Position numbers and translations under genes: made by a program. Of a stretch of 64,000 bases of DNA, positions 18,690 to 28,173 are shown piece after piece. The DNA comes from Thermoplasmatota archaeon (GTDB lineage: Archaea > Thermoplasmatota > JAKEGO01). How positions within the stretch are numbered: position 1 is the stretch's first letter; every line of letters starts with the position of its first letter. The stretch spans positions 137,951 to 201,950 of the forward strand of contig JANQNK010000006.1 in the NCBI GenBank assembly GCA_028279595.1, in the 5' to 3' direction. A model generated the notes under the pieces. The model made no database searches, was not told the DNA's origin, and saw nothing but the letters and a program-made list of their open reading frames with translations.

Positions 18690-21113
18690 ATGAAGTGGAA
18701 CGTACGTTTGGTCAACGGCTCCTACCGGCGCAGCGATCGCGCCGTGACGGTAGAGCTGTTCGGCCGTACGGACGACGGACGTTCCGCAACGATCCTATAC
18801 GACGGTTTCCGGCCATACTTCGTCCTTGTGGAACCCCCTGCTGACGTCATCGAGGAGCTGGAGTCCGATACGGACGCCGAGATGGAGAACCTGACGCTCT
18901 GGGTGGAGGGCGCTGACCGTGAATGCATGAAGGTGACGGTGAGGTTCCCGTGGACCGTTCCCGATTACCGCCGGCGTTTCTCCGACAGATGCCAGGTCAT
19001 GGCGGCCGACATCCCGTTCTACCAGAGGTTCATCTACGACATGGACCTGGGATCGTGCACTGCGGTCGAGGGCACCGAGGTGACCGACGACTCCAGGAAC
19101 ATGTACACGACCGAACTGGTGATCCAGGCCGAATCCTTCCTCGAGGCGGAACCCTTCAAGCCTCCCCTGTCGATCCTGTCGATAGACATTGAGAACAGGA
19201 TAGAGAAGGTCCTCCACGACGGACGTATCCTCGTCATCGGATGGGCCTACCGGCGCGTGGACGGAGAGCTCGAGACCGGCCGCCTCCTGTCCGAGAACGA
19301 GGGTGAGATGATCCGTAACCTCGTCGAACTGGTGGCCAAGACCGATCCCGATGTCATCACCGGATACAACATCGAGGGGTACGACCTGCCGTTCATCGCC
19401 GCCAGGGGCGGTCGGTACGGACATCCCTTGGCGATCGGGAGGGACCGGTCGGAGGCCCGCGAGGGTGGGTCCGGCGGCTACTATCAGCGCGTTAAGGGGA
19501 GGGTCGTCGCCGACGCATGGAAGGCGGTCAAACGCGAGGTCCGTCCGAAGAAGGAGACGCTCGGTTATGTTTCGCAGCTGCTGATCGGCGAGACGAAGCA
19601 CGATGTCGATTCTAGGAAGATGAACCAGCTGTGGGAGACCGAACGTGACAAGGTGGTCGAATACTGCATCAACGATGCGGTGATCACATTGAAGATCCTC
19701 GAGAAGCTCAACGTCCTCGACAAGGGAATGGACCTGGCGACGGTGTCGAAGGTCCCGCTCGACGACGTTGTCAACGGGCGTACCTCGTCGCTCATCGATT
19801 CCATACTCATACGGAAGGCGGACCGCGAGAACATAGGTGTTCCAGTCACCCATCGCCGATCGTCCGATAGCAAGATCGAAGGCGGGTACGTCCACAGCAT
19901 CAGGGCCGGACTGTATCACTGGGTATGCGTCCTCGACTTCAAATCGATGTATCCCAGCGTTATCATCGGCAACAACATCTGTTTCACCACGCTCAGCGAC
20001 GAAGGCACGATACAGAGCCCGATAGGCGTCCGATTCCTGACGAAGGACAAAAGGGAAGGGCTCCTGCCGCGCATCCTCGAGGACCTCATGCGCCAGAGGG
20101 ACCTCTTCAAGAGGCTGAGGAACGAGGCCCAGGACGAGGAGATGGAGAACTACTACAACGGCCTCCAGGACGCGGTCAAGATCCTCATGAACTCCTTCTA
20201 CGGCGTGTTCGCATCGAGCTTCTACCGGTTCACAGACAAGAACATCGGCGCCTCGATCACGGCATTCTCGAGGGAGAACATCAAGCGCATCATCAAGGGC
20301 CTCGAGGACGAGGGGTACGAGGTCGTCTACTCGGACACCGACAGCATATTCGTCCTGTCCCCGGTGGCCGAACTCAACGGGTCGGTGGAGTTCGGCGAGA
20401 CCATGGCGAAGAGGTACACCGAGGGTTCGATCGTACTGGAATTCGAGAAGATCCTCGACCCGCTCTTCTCGCACGGTGCCAAGAAGAGGTACGTGGGCAA
20501 GGTGGTGTGGCCGACCGAGCAGATGCTGGTCCGGGGATACGAGACGCGCCGGACCGACTCCTTCGACATGCAGACCGACGCGCTCAACGAGATCTTCAAG
20601 CTCGTCCTCGACGGTATGACGGATGAGGCCGTCCAGCGGGCAAAGGAGATCGTACTCGACATCAGGAAGGGGAATGTCGAGCCCGAGAGGCTGGTCATCT
20701 CCAGGTCATGCCAGCCCTTCGAGACCTACAAGAACCCGGAACGACTCGCATGGGTGCAGACCGCGAAGAAGATGATGGACCGCGGTTTCGAGTTCGTACC
20801 CGGAATGAAGGTGTCCTGGATCGTGACGAACGCGAAAGAGACGCCTCAGCGGGTCGAACCATTCGTTGATGACGTCGACTTCGAATACGAGCCCGACTGG
20901 AACTATTACGCACACAGGGTCGCAACCTCCCTCGCGAGGGTGACGGACGTCTTCGGTTGGGACGACAAGGCGCTCCTTGAGGGGCGACAGCAGAAGACGC
21001 TCGGCAGTTTCACGGGGGATGAGGAAGACCCGCAGGTGCATCAGGAGGATGTCATACTGGACGTCGTCCCTGAAAAGAAGGTGAAGGTTAGATCACTGGA
21101 AGATTTCCTCTAG
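18690..21113 (+). CDS. polB: Family B DNA polymerase (no intein)
   Basis: Exonuclease motifs SIDIE, ITGYNIEGYD and YCIND. Polymerase motifs LDFKSMYPS, KILMNSFYG, YSDTDS and KKRY. Confidence 0.96.
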   Translation: MKWNVRLVNGSYRRSDRAVTVELFGRTDDGRSATILYDGFRPYFVLVEPPADVIEELESDTDAEMENLTLWVEGADRECMKVTVRFPWTVPDYRRRFSDRCQVMAADIPFYQRFIYDMDLGSCTAVEGTEVTDDSRNMYTTELVIQAESFLEAEPFKPPLSILSIDIENRIEKVLHDGRILVIGWAYRRVDGELETGRLLSENEGEMIRNLVELVAKTDPDVITGYNIEGYDLPFIAARGGRYGHPLAIGRDRSEAREGGSGGYYQRVKGRVVADAWKAVKREVRPKKETLGYVSQLLIGETKHDVDSRKMNQLWETERDKVVEYCINDAVITLKILEKLNVLDKGMDLATVSKVPLDDVVNGRTSSLIDSILIRKADRENIGVPVTHRRSSDSKIEGGYVHSIRAGLYHWVCVLDFKSMYPSVIIGNNICFTTLSDEGTIQSPIGVRFLTKDKREGLLPRILEDLMRQRDLFKRLRNEAQDEEMENYYNGLQDAVKILMNSFYGVFASSFYRFTDKNIGASITAFSRENIKRIIKGLEDEGYEVVYSDTDSIFVLSPVAELNGSVEFGETMAKRYTEGSIVLEFEKILDPLFSHGAKKRYVGKVVWPTEQMLVRGYETRRTDSFDMQTDALNEIFKLVLDGMTDEAVQRAKEIVLDIRKGNVEPERLVISRSCQPFETYKNPERLAWVQTAKKMMDRGFEFVPGMKVSWIVTNAKETPQRVEPFVDDVDFEYEPDWNYYAHRVATSLARVTDVFGWDDKALLEGRQQKTLGSFTGDEEDPQVHQEDVILDVVPEKKVKVRSLEDFL

Positions 21114-21136
21114 GCTCGAATAGGGTAACGTCCTCT

Positions 21137-21937
21137 CTAAAGACCGTCTGCATATTCTCTGAAAGCGGGATCGGTCTCGCCGATGGTCGGCCTGAACGGT
21201 CTCGATGCGGCGACCGTTTCGGGGTCCAGGTTCACGGATACGATCCCTTCCTCGAAGTAAGGTCCTTTGGCTATGAGGTTGCCTCTCGGGTCCAGTGCCT
21301 GACATCCGCCCCAGAAGACAAGGCTCTTCTCCGTACCCACGAGGTTGGTGTAGAGTGAATAGATGGTGTTCTCTATCGACCGCGCCGGAAGGACACGCTC
21401 GAAGTAGATCCGAGTGACGGACGGCGAGGCGGACATGTCGACGATCGCGTCGACGCCCCTCATCGCGTATGCCTTGACGAGCTCGGGGAAGAACACGTCG
21501 AAGCAGATGATGATGCCGAAGGTCATACCGCCGAGTTCGAACGTCGTGAGTCCCTTCCCGGGACGGAAGTAGTACCTTTCGTCGAAAGGACCGAAGTTGA
21601 CGAGATGGTGCTTGTAATAGACATCGACCTCGCCGCCAGGGGCCACGTGGACGGCGGAATTGTGGACATAGCCTCGGTCGCCCGCCCTCAGCGGAAGACC
21701 CGCGAGGATCGAGGCTCCGTGTTCTGCCGATATCTTCTTCAATCGCGCTATCGACGGGCCATCCACGGTCTCGGCCATGGTGTAGTTGTCATCGAGCAAT
21801 GAATAACCGGTCACCGACATCTCTGGAAAGATGTACATATCATGGTCGCCGGCGGAAACGATCTCCTCGGTCCTGTCGAGGTTGGTCTCCTTGTCGCGGA
21901 GCGCAGGCCTGAACTGGGCGAGGGCCGCGCGGACCGT
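21137..21937 (-). CDS. Carbon-nitrogen hydrolase (nitrilase family)
   Basis: E-K-C triad in FPE, YKHHL and ICFD. Homology extends upstream of the track ATG (TVRAALAQF...NL) to an in-frame ACG at 21937. Confidence 0.85.
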   Translation of the reverse strand, partial: TVRAALAQFRPALRDKETNLDRTEEIVSAGDHDMYIFPEMSVTGYSLLDDNYTMAETVDGPSIARLKKISAEHGASILAGLPLRAGDRGYVHNSAVHVAPGGEVDVYYKHHLVNFGPFDERYYFRPGKGLTTFELGGMTFGIIICFDVFFPELVKAYAMRGVDAIVDMSASPSVTRIYFERVLPARSIENTIYSLYTNLVGTEKSLVFWGGCQALDPRGNLIAKGPYFEEGIVSVNLDPETVAASRPFRPTIGETDPAFREYADGL

Positions 21938-21941
21938 CCAA

Positions 21942-22103
21942 TCACTTCCCGGACGTGAACTCGGTGTAACCGCAGGCGCCGCAGGACTTCCTGTCCTTGT
22001 GCTCGGCGAGGAAGATGCCGGGGCCGCATCTCGGGCACTCGGTCTTGAGGCGCTCGATGCCGTCGCCGACCTTGTAGAAATCGCCCTTCTTTATGGATGT
22101 CAT
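21942..22103 (-). CDS. rps27ae: 30S ribosomal protein S27ae (eS31)
   Basis: 53 aa, below the track cutoff: [49 protein letters not shown]. Directly downstream of rps24e. Confidence 0.95.
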   Translation of the reverse strand: MTSIKKGDFYKVGDGIERLKTECPRCGPGIFLAEHKDRKSCGACGYTEFTSGK

Positions 22104-22104
22104 T

Positions 22105-22647
22105 TCACTCATCCTCCTTGACTTCCCCTTCGGGGTCCTCAGCGTCCGGTTCTTCTGCCGGGGCTTCCTCTACGGCCTCGGGTTCAGGTTCTTCCGCAGG
22201 CTCCTCGGCCGGTTCCTCCTCTGCTGGAGGCTCTTCCGCAGCTGGTTCCTCGGCGGGTTTCTCCTCGGCCTTCTCCTCGGCGGGGGCCTCTTCGGCCGGT
22301 TCCTCGGCCGGAGCCTTGGGTGCCGGCGCCGCTTCGGGTGCCTTCTCCTCTGTCCCCTCGTCTGCCGTCTGAACGCTCGCCCTCTTGAGGATGTGATCCC
22401 TCTCAGTCTTGAGCATCATCTCCTCGGTCTTGTAGGCCTTCGCGTAGCCCTTGGTCTCGGATATACCGAACTCGACGTCGAGATGGTCGACTATGACAAG
22501 GCCCTTCTTGGTGCCAAGCAGCGCTGCGATCTCGCCCCGGACGACCGACCTCTTCGGCGTCCTCTCCTTGGGGTGGGCGATCCTGAATCGGACCTCGGTC
22601 CGCTTCAGAAGCGGATTCTCCTTCTGGGAGGTGATCTCTATCTCCAT
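22105..22647 (-). CDS. rps24e: 30S ribosomal protein S24e with long acidic Glu/Ala/Pro tail
   Basis: [27 protein letters not shown] and GYAKAY. Start reassigned to ATG 22647. Confidence 0.93.
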   Translation of the reverse strand: MEIEITSQKENPLLKRTEVRFRIAHPKERTPKRSVVRGEIAALLGTKKGLVIVDHLDVEFGISETKGYAKAYKTEEMMLKTERDHILKRASVQTADEGTEEKAPEAAPAPKAPAEEPAEEAPAEEKAEEKPAEEPAAEEPPAEEEPAEEPAEEPEPEAVEEAPAEEPDAEDPEGEVKEDE

Positions 22648-22744
22648 GATATCACACCGCCTAATGCGATGGGTATTATAAGGTTTGCTACGGACGATGA
22701 ACGCTCCAAAACCCTTTTCTACCGGACCGGCCATGGGCGGAACG

Positions 22745-22963
22745 ATGCAGAGGCCACTCGATACCCTCAGGAACAACATCGGCAAGCGCGTCATAGTCAC
22801 CCTGAGGATGGGACGCGAGTACCGTGGAATGCTGGACGGCTACGATCCGCACATGAACATCGTGCTGAAGCAGTCCGAGGAGTACGTAGAGGGCGAGAAG
22901 GTGGCCACGGCGGCGGTCCAGATCATCCGGGGAGACAATGTCGTGTACATCTCACCCCCTTGA
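22745..22963 (+). CDS. Sm-like archaeal protein (Lsm/SmAP)
   Basis: RPLDTL, Sm1 GREYRGMLDGYDPHMNIVL and Sm2 IIRGDNVVYISP. Alternative start at 22733. Confidence 0.93.
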   Translation: MQRPLDTLRNNIGKRVIVTLRMGREYRGMLDGYDPHMNIVLKQSEEYVEGEKVATAAVQIIRGDNVVYISPP

Positions 22964-23065
22964 CCCTCTCCCCCCATGCTGGCCAGTGCATTTGACGATT
23001 CCATGTGTTCAAATAGCCTTAAATAGCATTTTTTACATAATACGGACATCAATCGGAGGGATAAC

Positions 23066-23242
23066 ATGGCGAAGAATGTGGTAGGAACGGTCATCGAAGA
23101 GGTTTCGGGCCAGGTCGGCAACGTGCTCGCTCTGGCAAAGGAGCTGGAGGGAAAGCAGGTCGAGGTGAAGCTGAAGTTCGAGAACCTGTCCCTCAACGGC
23201 GACATCGCGCTCTCCTTCATTCCCGTGAAGAAGGAGTCGTAG
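23066..23242 (+). CDS. Small hypothetical protein (58 aa)
   Basis: Absent from the track. GGAGGG SD and host-like codon usage: MAKNVVGTVIEEVSGQVGNVLALAKELEGKQVEVKLKFENLSLNGDIALSFIPVKKES. Confidence 0.75.
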   Translation: MAKNVVGTVIEEVSGQVGNVLALAKELEGKQVEVKLKFENLSLNGDIALSFIPVKKES

Positions 23243-23244
23243 AA

Positions 23245-23817
23245 TTGAACCGTGGAATAGCCTTCTATCTGGACCTGATGGACCTCATAGCGGACGGTTC
23301 CGTTACGGTCCAATTACACAAGAACGAGAACATAGCCAAGCTTACCGTGTCCAGGGACGAGATAGTCGCCGATATCGGTAAGGCGGGCATGGCATACGAT
23401 ATTCTGCACCCTATGTTAGTCGTCCGCAAGGACGGCAAGGAGATAAAGGCGGAGAAACGCGGGAAGAAATGGCGCTCCAACACCATGTTGATAAAGCGCT
23501 TCCTGAAACTCTTCGAGGGGATCGAGGAGACCTTCGTCGAGAAGGGAAAGGTCCTGAGGATCAGGTTCAAGGGTACCGACGTGCTCGTCATCGGTCCCGA
23601 GGAGGGAAGCCTCGTCGCCAAGATGGCCGGGCTCAAGAACACCTCGCTGCCTCACAAGGTCCACCTGCTCCTGCTAGCCAAGGACTTCTGGCTGTCGAGA
23701 CCCGATGAGAAGAAGGGGGAGCCCGACAAGGATATCCCGGCGGAGAGGCCGAAGAGGACCAAGAAGCCCGTCAAGAAGAAACGGAAGGGATTCCTGGGCA
23801 GGATATTCAACCGGTGA
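23245..23817 (+). CDS. Hypothetical protein with basic tail ending in an amphipathic GFLGRIF motif
   Basis: ORF starts 2 nt after the preceding gene; typical codon usage. Confidence 0.75.
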   Translation: MNRGIAFYLDLMDLIADGSVTVQLHKNENIAKLTVSRDEIVADIGKAGMAYDILHPMLVVRKDGKEIKAEKRGKKWRSNTMLIKRFLKLFEGIEETFVEKGKVLRIRFKGTDVLVIGPEEGSLVAKMAGLKNTSLPHKVHLLLLAKDFWLSRPDEKKGEPDKDIPAERPKRTKKPVKKKRKGFLGRIFNR

Positions 23818-23849
23818 ACCCCCGGAACGTTGAGAATTGCACCATTGCC

Positions 23850-24293
23850 CTATTCGGAAGTCTCCTTCCACTCGTTGAACGTCATCTCCAGGGCCTGGTT
23901 CGGGGTCAGGCCGTCAAGGTAATCCTTCACTGTCGATGACCATTCCGTCTCGAACTTGGCCACCAGTTCGGGGAACTCCTCGTCCGTGGGAAGGCGCTCA
24001 CCATGGGTATCAACGAACTCTCTCTGGAACTCGTCCATGATGTCGATGGAGAACCTCTGATTGAGGAGCTCGATCTGGAGGTAGTGGTCCATGTTCATCG
24101 ATATCACCATGGCCTCCTCGGGGGGGACTATCGTGAGTATGTTCTCCAGGATGTCGAAGGATATTATCCTGTAGAGTTCGGTGAACCGTTCGGTCGAGAT
24201 GTCATCGGGGAGGTCCTCGAAGAGGTCCGATGACCACAGGTCGGCCATGATGCGGGACCTCATCACGTTCCGTCTCAGAGTGTCCGTGAACAT
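23850..24293 (-). CDS. Hypothetical acidic protein downstream of cdc6
   Basis: Acidic ORF with C-terminal W...LDGLTP motif. The frame is open further upstream (possible CTG start at 24344). Confidence 0.75.
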   Translation of the reverse strand: MFTDTLRRNVMRSRIMADLWSSDLFEDLPDDISTERFTELYRIISFDILENILTIVPPEEAMVISMNMDHYLQIELLNQRFSIDIMDEFQREFVDTHGERLPTDEEFPELVAKFETEWSSTVKDYLDGLTPNQALEMTFNEWKETSE

Positions 24294-24358
24294 GTCAACG
24301 AACTCCTCCTTGTCTGAAGTGACTGGATCAATTCCTTCTGACAGATCAATACCCCCGA

Positions 24359-25621
24359 TCAGATGAGCGACATCTGCTTCCAGCCATCGATATCCTTCCC
24401 CTTAATTGTGTCGATGAGCTCATTGAGGAACTGGTCGGTGCGGAGGACGGTCTTCACGAGGTCGGGGTCCACGGCCATCTCTATCTCCTTGGTGCGGCCG
24501 TAGCGGCCCTTGGAGATCAATTTCGCAGTGATTATCCCGAGCATGTCGAGTTCCGAGACCATTCCCGAGATGCTCCTCTGGGTCAGGACGTTCATGTTCA
24601 GCCTTCTCGCTAGGTAATTGTATGTCCTGTAGACCTCGCCCGTGATGAGCTTCTCCCCGGACGAGAGGTCCTCCAGGGTGATCGCGAGCAGGACGAGCTT
24701 CTGCTGAAGCGGAAGGTCCGAAATGACCTCGGCAACGACGTCCTTCTCTATCTGGACCGTCGCCATGCGGACGTGGTCCTCCTCGATCTTCTCGTCGCCC
24801 TCCCTGTTGGTGATCTCGGCGGCGATCCTCAGGAGGTCGATGGCCTTCCTCGCGTCTCCGTTCTCCTCGGCGGCAAGTGCCGCGCAGAGGTTGATCACAC
24901 CGCTGTCCCACGAACCGGGTCTGAGCGAGTTCTCGGCCCTGTCTGCGAGTATGTCGAAGAGCTGCGATGCCTTGTAGGGTTTGAAGGTTATCCTCTCCTC
25001 ACCAAGACGCGAGCGAACCTTGGGGTTGAGGAGCTCAGTGAACCGGAGGTCGTTGGAGATCCCGATGATGGAGACCTTCGCCTCCGAAAGGTCGGTGTTC
25101 ATTGTGGAAAGGTAATAGAGGACATCGTCACCGCTGTTGTAGAAGAGCTGATCGACCTCGTCGAGGAATATGATAGCGACGCCGTTCTCCTGGTCAATGC
25201 GCTGCTTGAGCTGGTCGTAGACCTTCTCCGTCGGCCAACCCGTGAAGGGAATGAGGTCCTTCCCCCAGTTCTTGATGAAGCTGTTCCCGATGTTCGCGAG
25301 TACGCCGTAGGTCGTGTTCACGATCTTGCAGTTGATGTAGATGTGGGTGACCTTCTGCTTGAGCCCGGAGTCGCGCCTGTTGATCTTGTCGATCTCCCGG
25401 CCGATGTACTTGGCGACCGCGGTCTTCCCCGTTCCGGTCTGCCCGTAGATGAACATGTTCGAGGGTGTCTCACCCCTCAGAGCGGTCGAGAGAACTGCCG
25501 CGAGCTGGTTGATCTCATGGTCCCTGTGAAGGAGCCTTTCAGGTGTGTGAGAAGCCCTTAGAACCTCCCGGTTCCGAAAGATGGACTCTCCATTGAGGTA
25601 CCTGTCGAAGATCGTTTCCAT
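24359..25621 (-). CDS. cdc6: Orc1/Cdc6 replication initiator
   Basis: Walker A GQTGTGKT, YINC, Walker B IFLDEVD, GDARKAIDLLR and winged-helix SKGRYGRTK. Confidence 0.97.
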   Translation of the reverse strand: METIFDRYLNGESIFRNREVLRASHTPERLLHRDHEINQLAAVLSTALRGETPSNMFIYGQTGTGKTAVAKYIGREIDKINRRDSGLKQKVTHIYINCKIVNTTYGVLANIGNSFIKNWGKDLIPFTGWPTEKVYDQLKQRIDQENGVAIIFLDEVDQLFYNSGDDVLYYLSTMNTDLSEAKVSIIGISNDLRFTELLNPKVRSRLGEERITFKPYKASQLFDILADRAENSLRPGSWDSGVINLCAALAAEENGDARKAIDLLRIAAEITNREGDEKIEEDHVRMATVQIEKDVVAEVISDLPLQQKLVLLAITLEDLSSGEKLITGEVYRTYNYLARRLNMNVLTQRSISGMVSELDMLGIITAKLISKGRYGRTKEIEMAVDPDLVKTVLRTDQFLNELIDTIKGKDIDGWKQMSLI

Positions 25622-25675
25622 TACATCCCAGCCTCACTGCGATAGCCCTCGCAGACATGTGATGTCCACGAGAAA

Positions 25676-25880
25676 CCCCCCTGTTCATTTCCATAAAGGA
25701 CGGACCCTATTTATGCCTTTTGAATGACACTGTTTAACACGCCACGGGGGTGTTGATAACTATTGAGATTGCTGTATGAATTTAATAATTCGTATAATAA
25801 CTAAACAATCAATTAATATTGTTGGATGGTCGAGTTATTTCAGCATATCATTCAATAATTAGTCAAAACTTATTATCTCC
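25676..25880. promoter_or_regulatory. cdc6 upstream region: mini-ORB with G-string and AT-rich tract (candidate autoregulatory site or oriC)
   Basis: Minus strand TGGAAATGAACAGGGGGG at 25676-25693. Strongly AT-rich at about 25755-25880. Confidence 0.5.
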
Positions 25881-25937
25881 GATCAGGGCTCGAATACGTT
25901 CGTTAGATTTATCTACGACGGCGGCGGTCCACTGGCA

Positions 25938-27704
25938 ATGGAGGATGATGAGGTCGGCCGGATCCGCAAGGTCGTGGAGCGGCGTTTCCGTGTCTACGAC
26001 GTCCGCTGGGACGAGTCCGGGGTGATGTTCTACATAACGCTCACACCTCCGGAACGCAAGGACTTCCAGGCCGTTCAGGAGGAACTATCGAGGATCGGCT
26101 ACATTGCCGGATTGAGGAAGCTTCGGGGTGAGGACATCATCATCGTCGGGACCCGGAAGGTGCAGAAGGAGAGCAAGCCCTTCCTAAATGTCGCCCTGCT
26201 GATACTGACGATATTCACGACGATAATCGCAGGCTCGATCATGTGGATGACGGGCTACGGCGACGGCAACGAGATATGGGACGCCTTCCTGCCCGAGAAC
26301 ATGTTGATGGGCGGCCTTACGTTCGCCCTTCCTCTGATGTTCATCCTCGGGGTCCATGAGATGGGGCATTATCTCATGGCGAAACGGTACGGGATGAACG
26401 CCTCGCTCCCGTACTTCATTCCGGCGCCGCCGATACCGTTCGGGACCTTTGGCGCCTTCATCAGCATCAGGGACCCGATGCCCAACAGGAAGGCGTTGTT
26501 CGACATCGGGATCGCGGGTCCTCTTGCAGGGTTCATAGCCGCCGTCCCCGTTATCATCATTGGTCTACTCCTGAGCACAGGCGAGGTAAGCGACATAGAG
26601 GAATCCGGTGACATGCTGATCTACAACCTTCCTCTCCTCTATCTGATCCTGATAGAGATAGTACCGCCTCCGGGAACCCTCCTGCATCCTACGGCCTTCG
26701 CGGGATGGGTCGGCCTCCTCGTCACGGCGATGAACCTCCTTCCCGTCGGTCAGCTCGACGGAGGACATATCGCGAGGGCATTCTTCAAGGACAATGCCCG
26801 GTATGCAGCTTACGTATCCGTGGGTATTCTCATATTCCTGGGATACTTCTTCACCGGATGGATATTCTTCGCCCTTCTCATCCTGTTCCTCGGGGTCCAG
26901 CATCCGCCGCCACTGGACGACATCACCGACCTCGACGGGAAACGAAAGGCCCTCGGTGCCGTTGTTCTGATAATCCTCGGTCTGTCATTCGTCCCGATAC
27001 CACTGGAGACCGTGTACTTCGAGGCGGATGATTATTCTTTCAAGATAGGCGAGTTCCAGGAGGTCGGCGTGGTCCAGGCAGGCGATGCATGGACCTTCGA
27101 GATCCCCGTCGATAATTCCGGTAACAAGAAGGACCTTTTCGATGTCAACATCACCCTGAACTCGACTACCTACACGGGTCCAGGTGAATGGACCATAGCG
27201 TCAGATCCTCTGAACTTCACATTGGACGAGAAGGAAGATCGGATATTCAACCTGTCGATATCTGCTCCCGCTGATGCACTCATCTGGGACAATGCCACCT
27301 TCAACATGACCTTCGACATGGACGATGGGCCTAAGCGAACCGTCGAGTTGATGGTGGTCGTGGGCGACGTGACGATCGCCATCGAGGACCACGAGGATGT
27401 CCTACCGAGGATCGACGATGTCTATCTCGTCATCAACTTCACGCTGATCGATTACATCGGACCGGGACCTGTTCTGCTATCGGTGAACTCGTCGAACAGT
27501 ACTGGATTCCTGAGTCTCGCTGATTCGGCCCCGGTCGACCTGATCAATGGGTCCATAACAGCCGAACCGATCTCCGAAGGGGATCATTCCCTTCTCATCC
27601 GGTTCGATCTTCTCGGGTCGAATACCATCGGGTTCAGGATCGATTCTGCCGTGTCAGACTTCTTCATGGAGGTCGAAACGACGGTCGTCATGAAGAAGGG
27701 TTAA
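25938..27704 (+). CDS. Site-2 protease (M50 family) with C-terminal Ig-like extension
   Basis: HEMGH, FDIGIAGP and NLLPVGQLDGGH. About 230 aa of beta-rich tail including VDNSGNKKD. Confidence 0.92.
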   Translation: MEDDEVGRIRKVVERRFRVYDVRWDESGVMFYITLTPPERKDFQAVQEELSRIGYIAGLRKLRGEDIIIVGTRKVQKESKPFLNVALLILTIFTTIIAGSIMWMTGYGDGNEIWDAFLPENMLMGGLTFALPLMFILGVHEMGHYLMAKRYGMNASLPYFIPAPPIPFGTFGAFISIRDPMPNRKALFDIGIAGPLAGFIAAVPVIIIGLLLSTGEVSDIEESGDMLIYNLPLLYLILIEIVPPPGTLLHPTAFAGWVGLLVTAMNLLPVGQLDGGHIARAFFKDNARYAAYVSVGILIFLGYFFTGWIFFALLILFLGVQHPPPLDDITDLDGKRKALGAVVLIILGLSFVPIPLETVYFEADDYSFKIGEFQEVGVVQAGDAWTFEIPVDNSGNKKDLFDVNITLNSTTYTGPGEWTIASDPLNFTLDEKEDRIFNLSISAPADALIWDNATFNMTFDMDDGPKRTVELMVVVGDVTIAIEDHEDVLPRIDDVYLVINFTLIDYIGPGPVLLSVNSSNSTGFLSLADSAPVDLINGSITAEPISEGDHSLLIRFDLLGSNTIGFRIDSAVSDFFMEVETTVVMKKG

Positions 27705-27729
27705 ATATCCAGAAGTAATCATCTCGAAC

Positions 27730-28134
27730 ATGGTTTCAGCCGAGAAGAAGAAGATAGCCAAGAAGGCCGCCGTTTCGTACCTGGGCCTTTCAAGTTCAAC
27801 CACCAATTTCCCCAAGGGAGTGAGCTTCGAGATCATCGAGGAGAAGGAGGTCCCGACCGAGGAGGACGGGTTCTTCGACGAGCTTAAGGGCGGGATCGCC
27901 AAGATCTGGCGCGAGAACGTCGGAACGATGTCCAAGGTCCCGAGGATGTCGAACATCGACTTCGCCCATTACGTCAACCAGCTCAGGGCGGAGAGGGGTG
28001 CCAAGTCCCTCGAGCTCGACTCGCCGTTGATCGAGAGATGGATGAAGATGCTCGCGGCATCCGACAAGAAGGTCGTTCTCTGCGAGATCAAGTCCACAGA
28101 GGGCAGACGGCTACTCCTCGTCAAGGCGAAATGA
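27730..28134 (+). CDS. Hypothetical protein
   Basis: 134-aa ORF with typical codon usage between two same-strand genes. Confidence 0.75.
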   Translation: MVSAEKKKIAKKAAVSYLGLSSSTTNFPKGVSFEIIEEKEVPTEEDGFFDELKGGIAKIWRENVGTMSKVPRMSNIDFAHYVNQLRAERGAKSLELDSPLIERWMKMLAASDKKVVLCEIKSTEGRRLLLVKAK

Positions 28135-28173
28135 GACGATAATCCTTTTAACGCCCACCGGGGATTCGTTACC

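Noticed and set aside
14007-20474. Antisense ORFs 14007..15509 (+) and 18795..20474 (-)
   Set aside because: They fully overlap the well-supported Lon-like ATPase and polB on the opposite strand.
18690-25621. Inteins in PolB or Cdc6
   Set aside because: Normal lengths, contiguous motifs and no splice-junction signatures.
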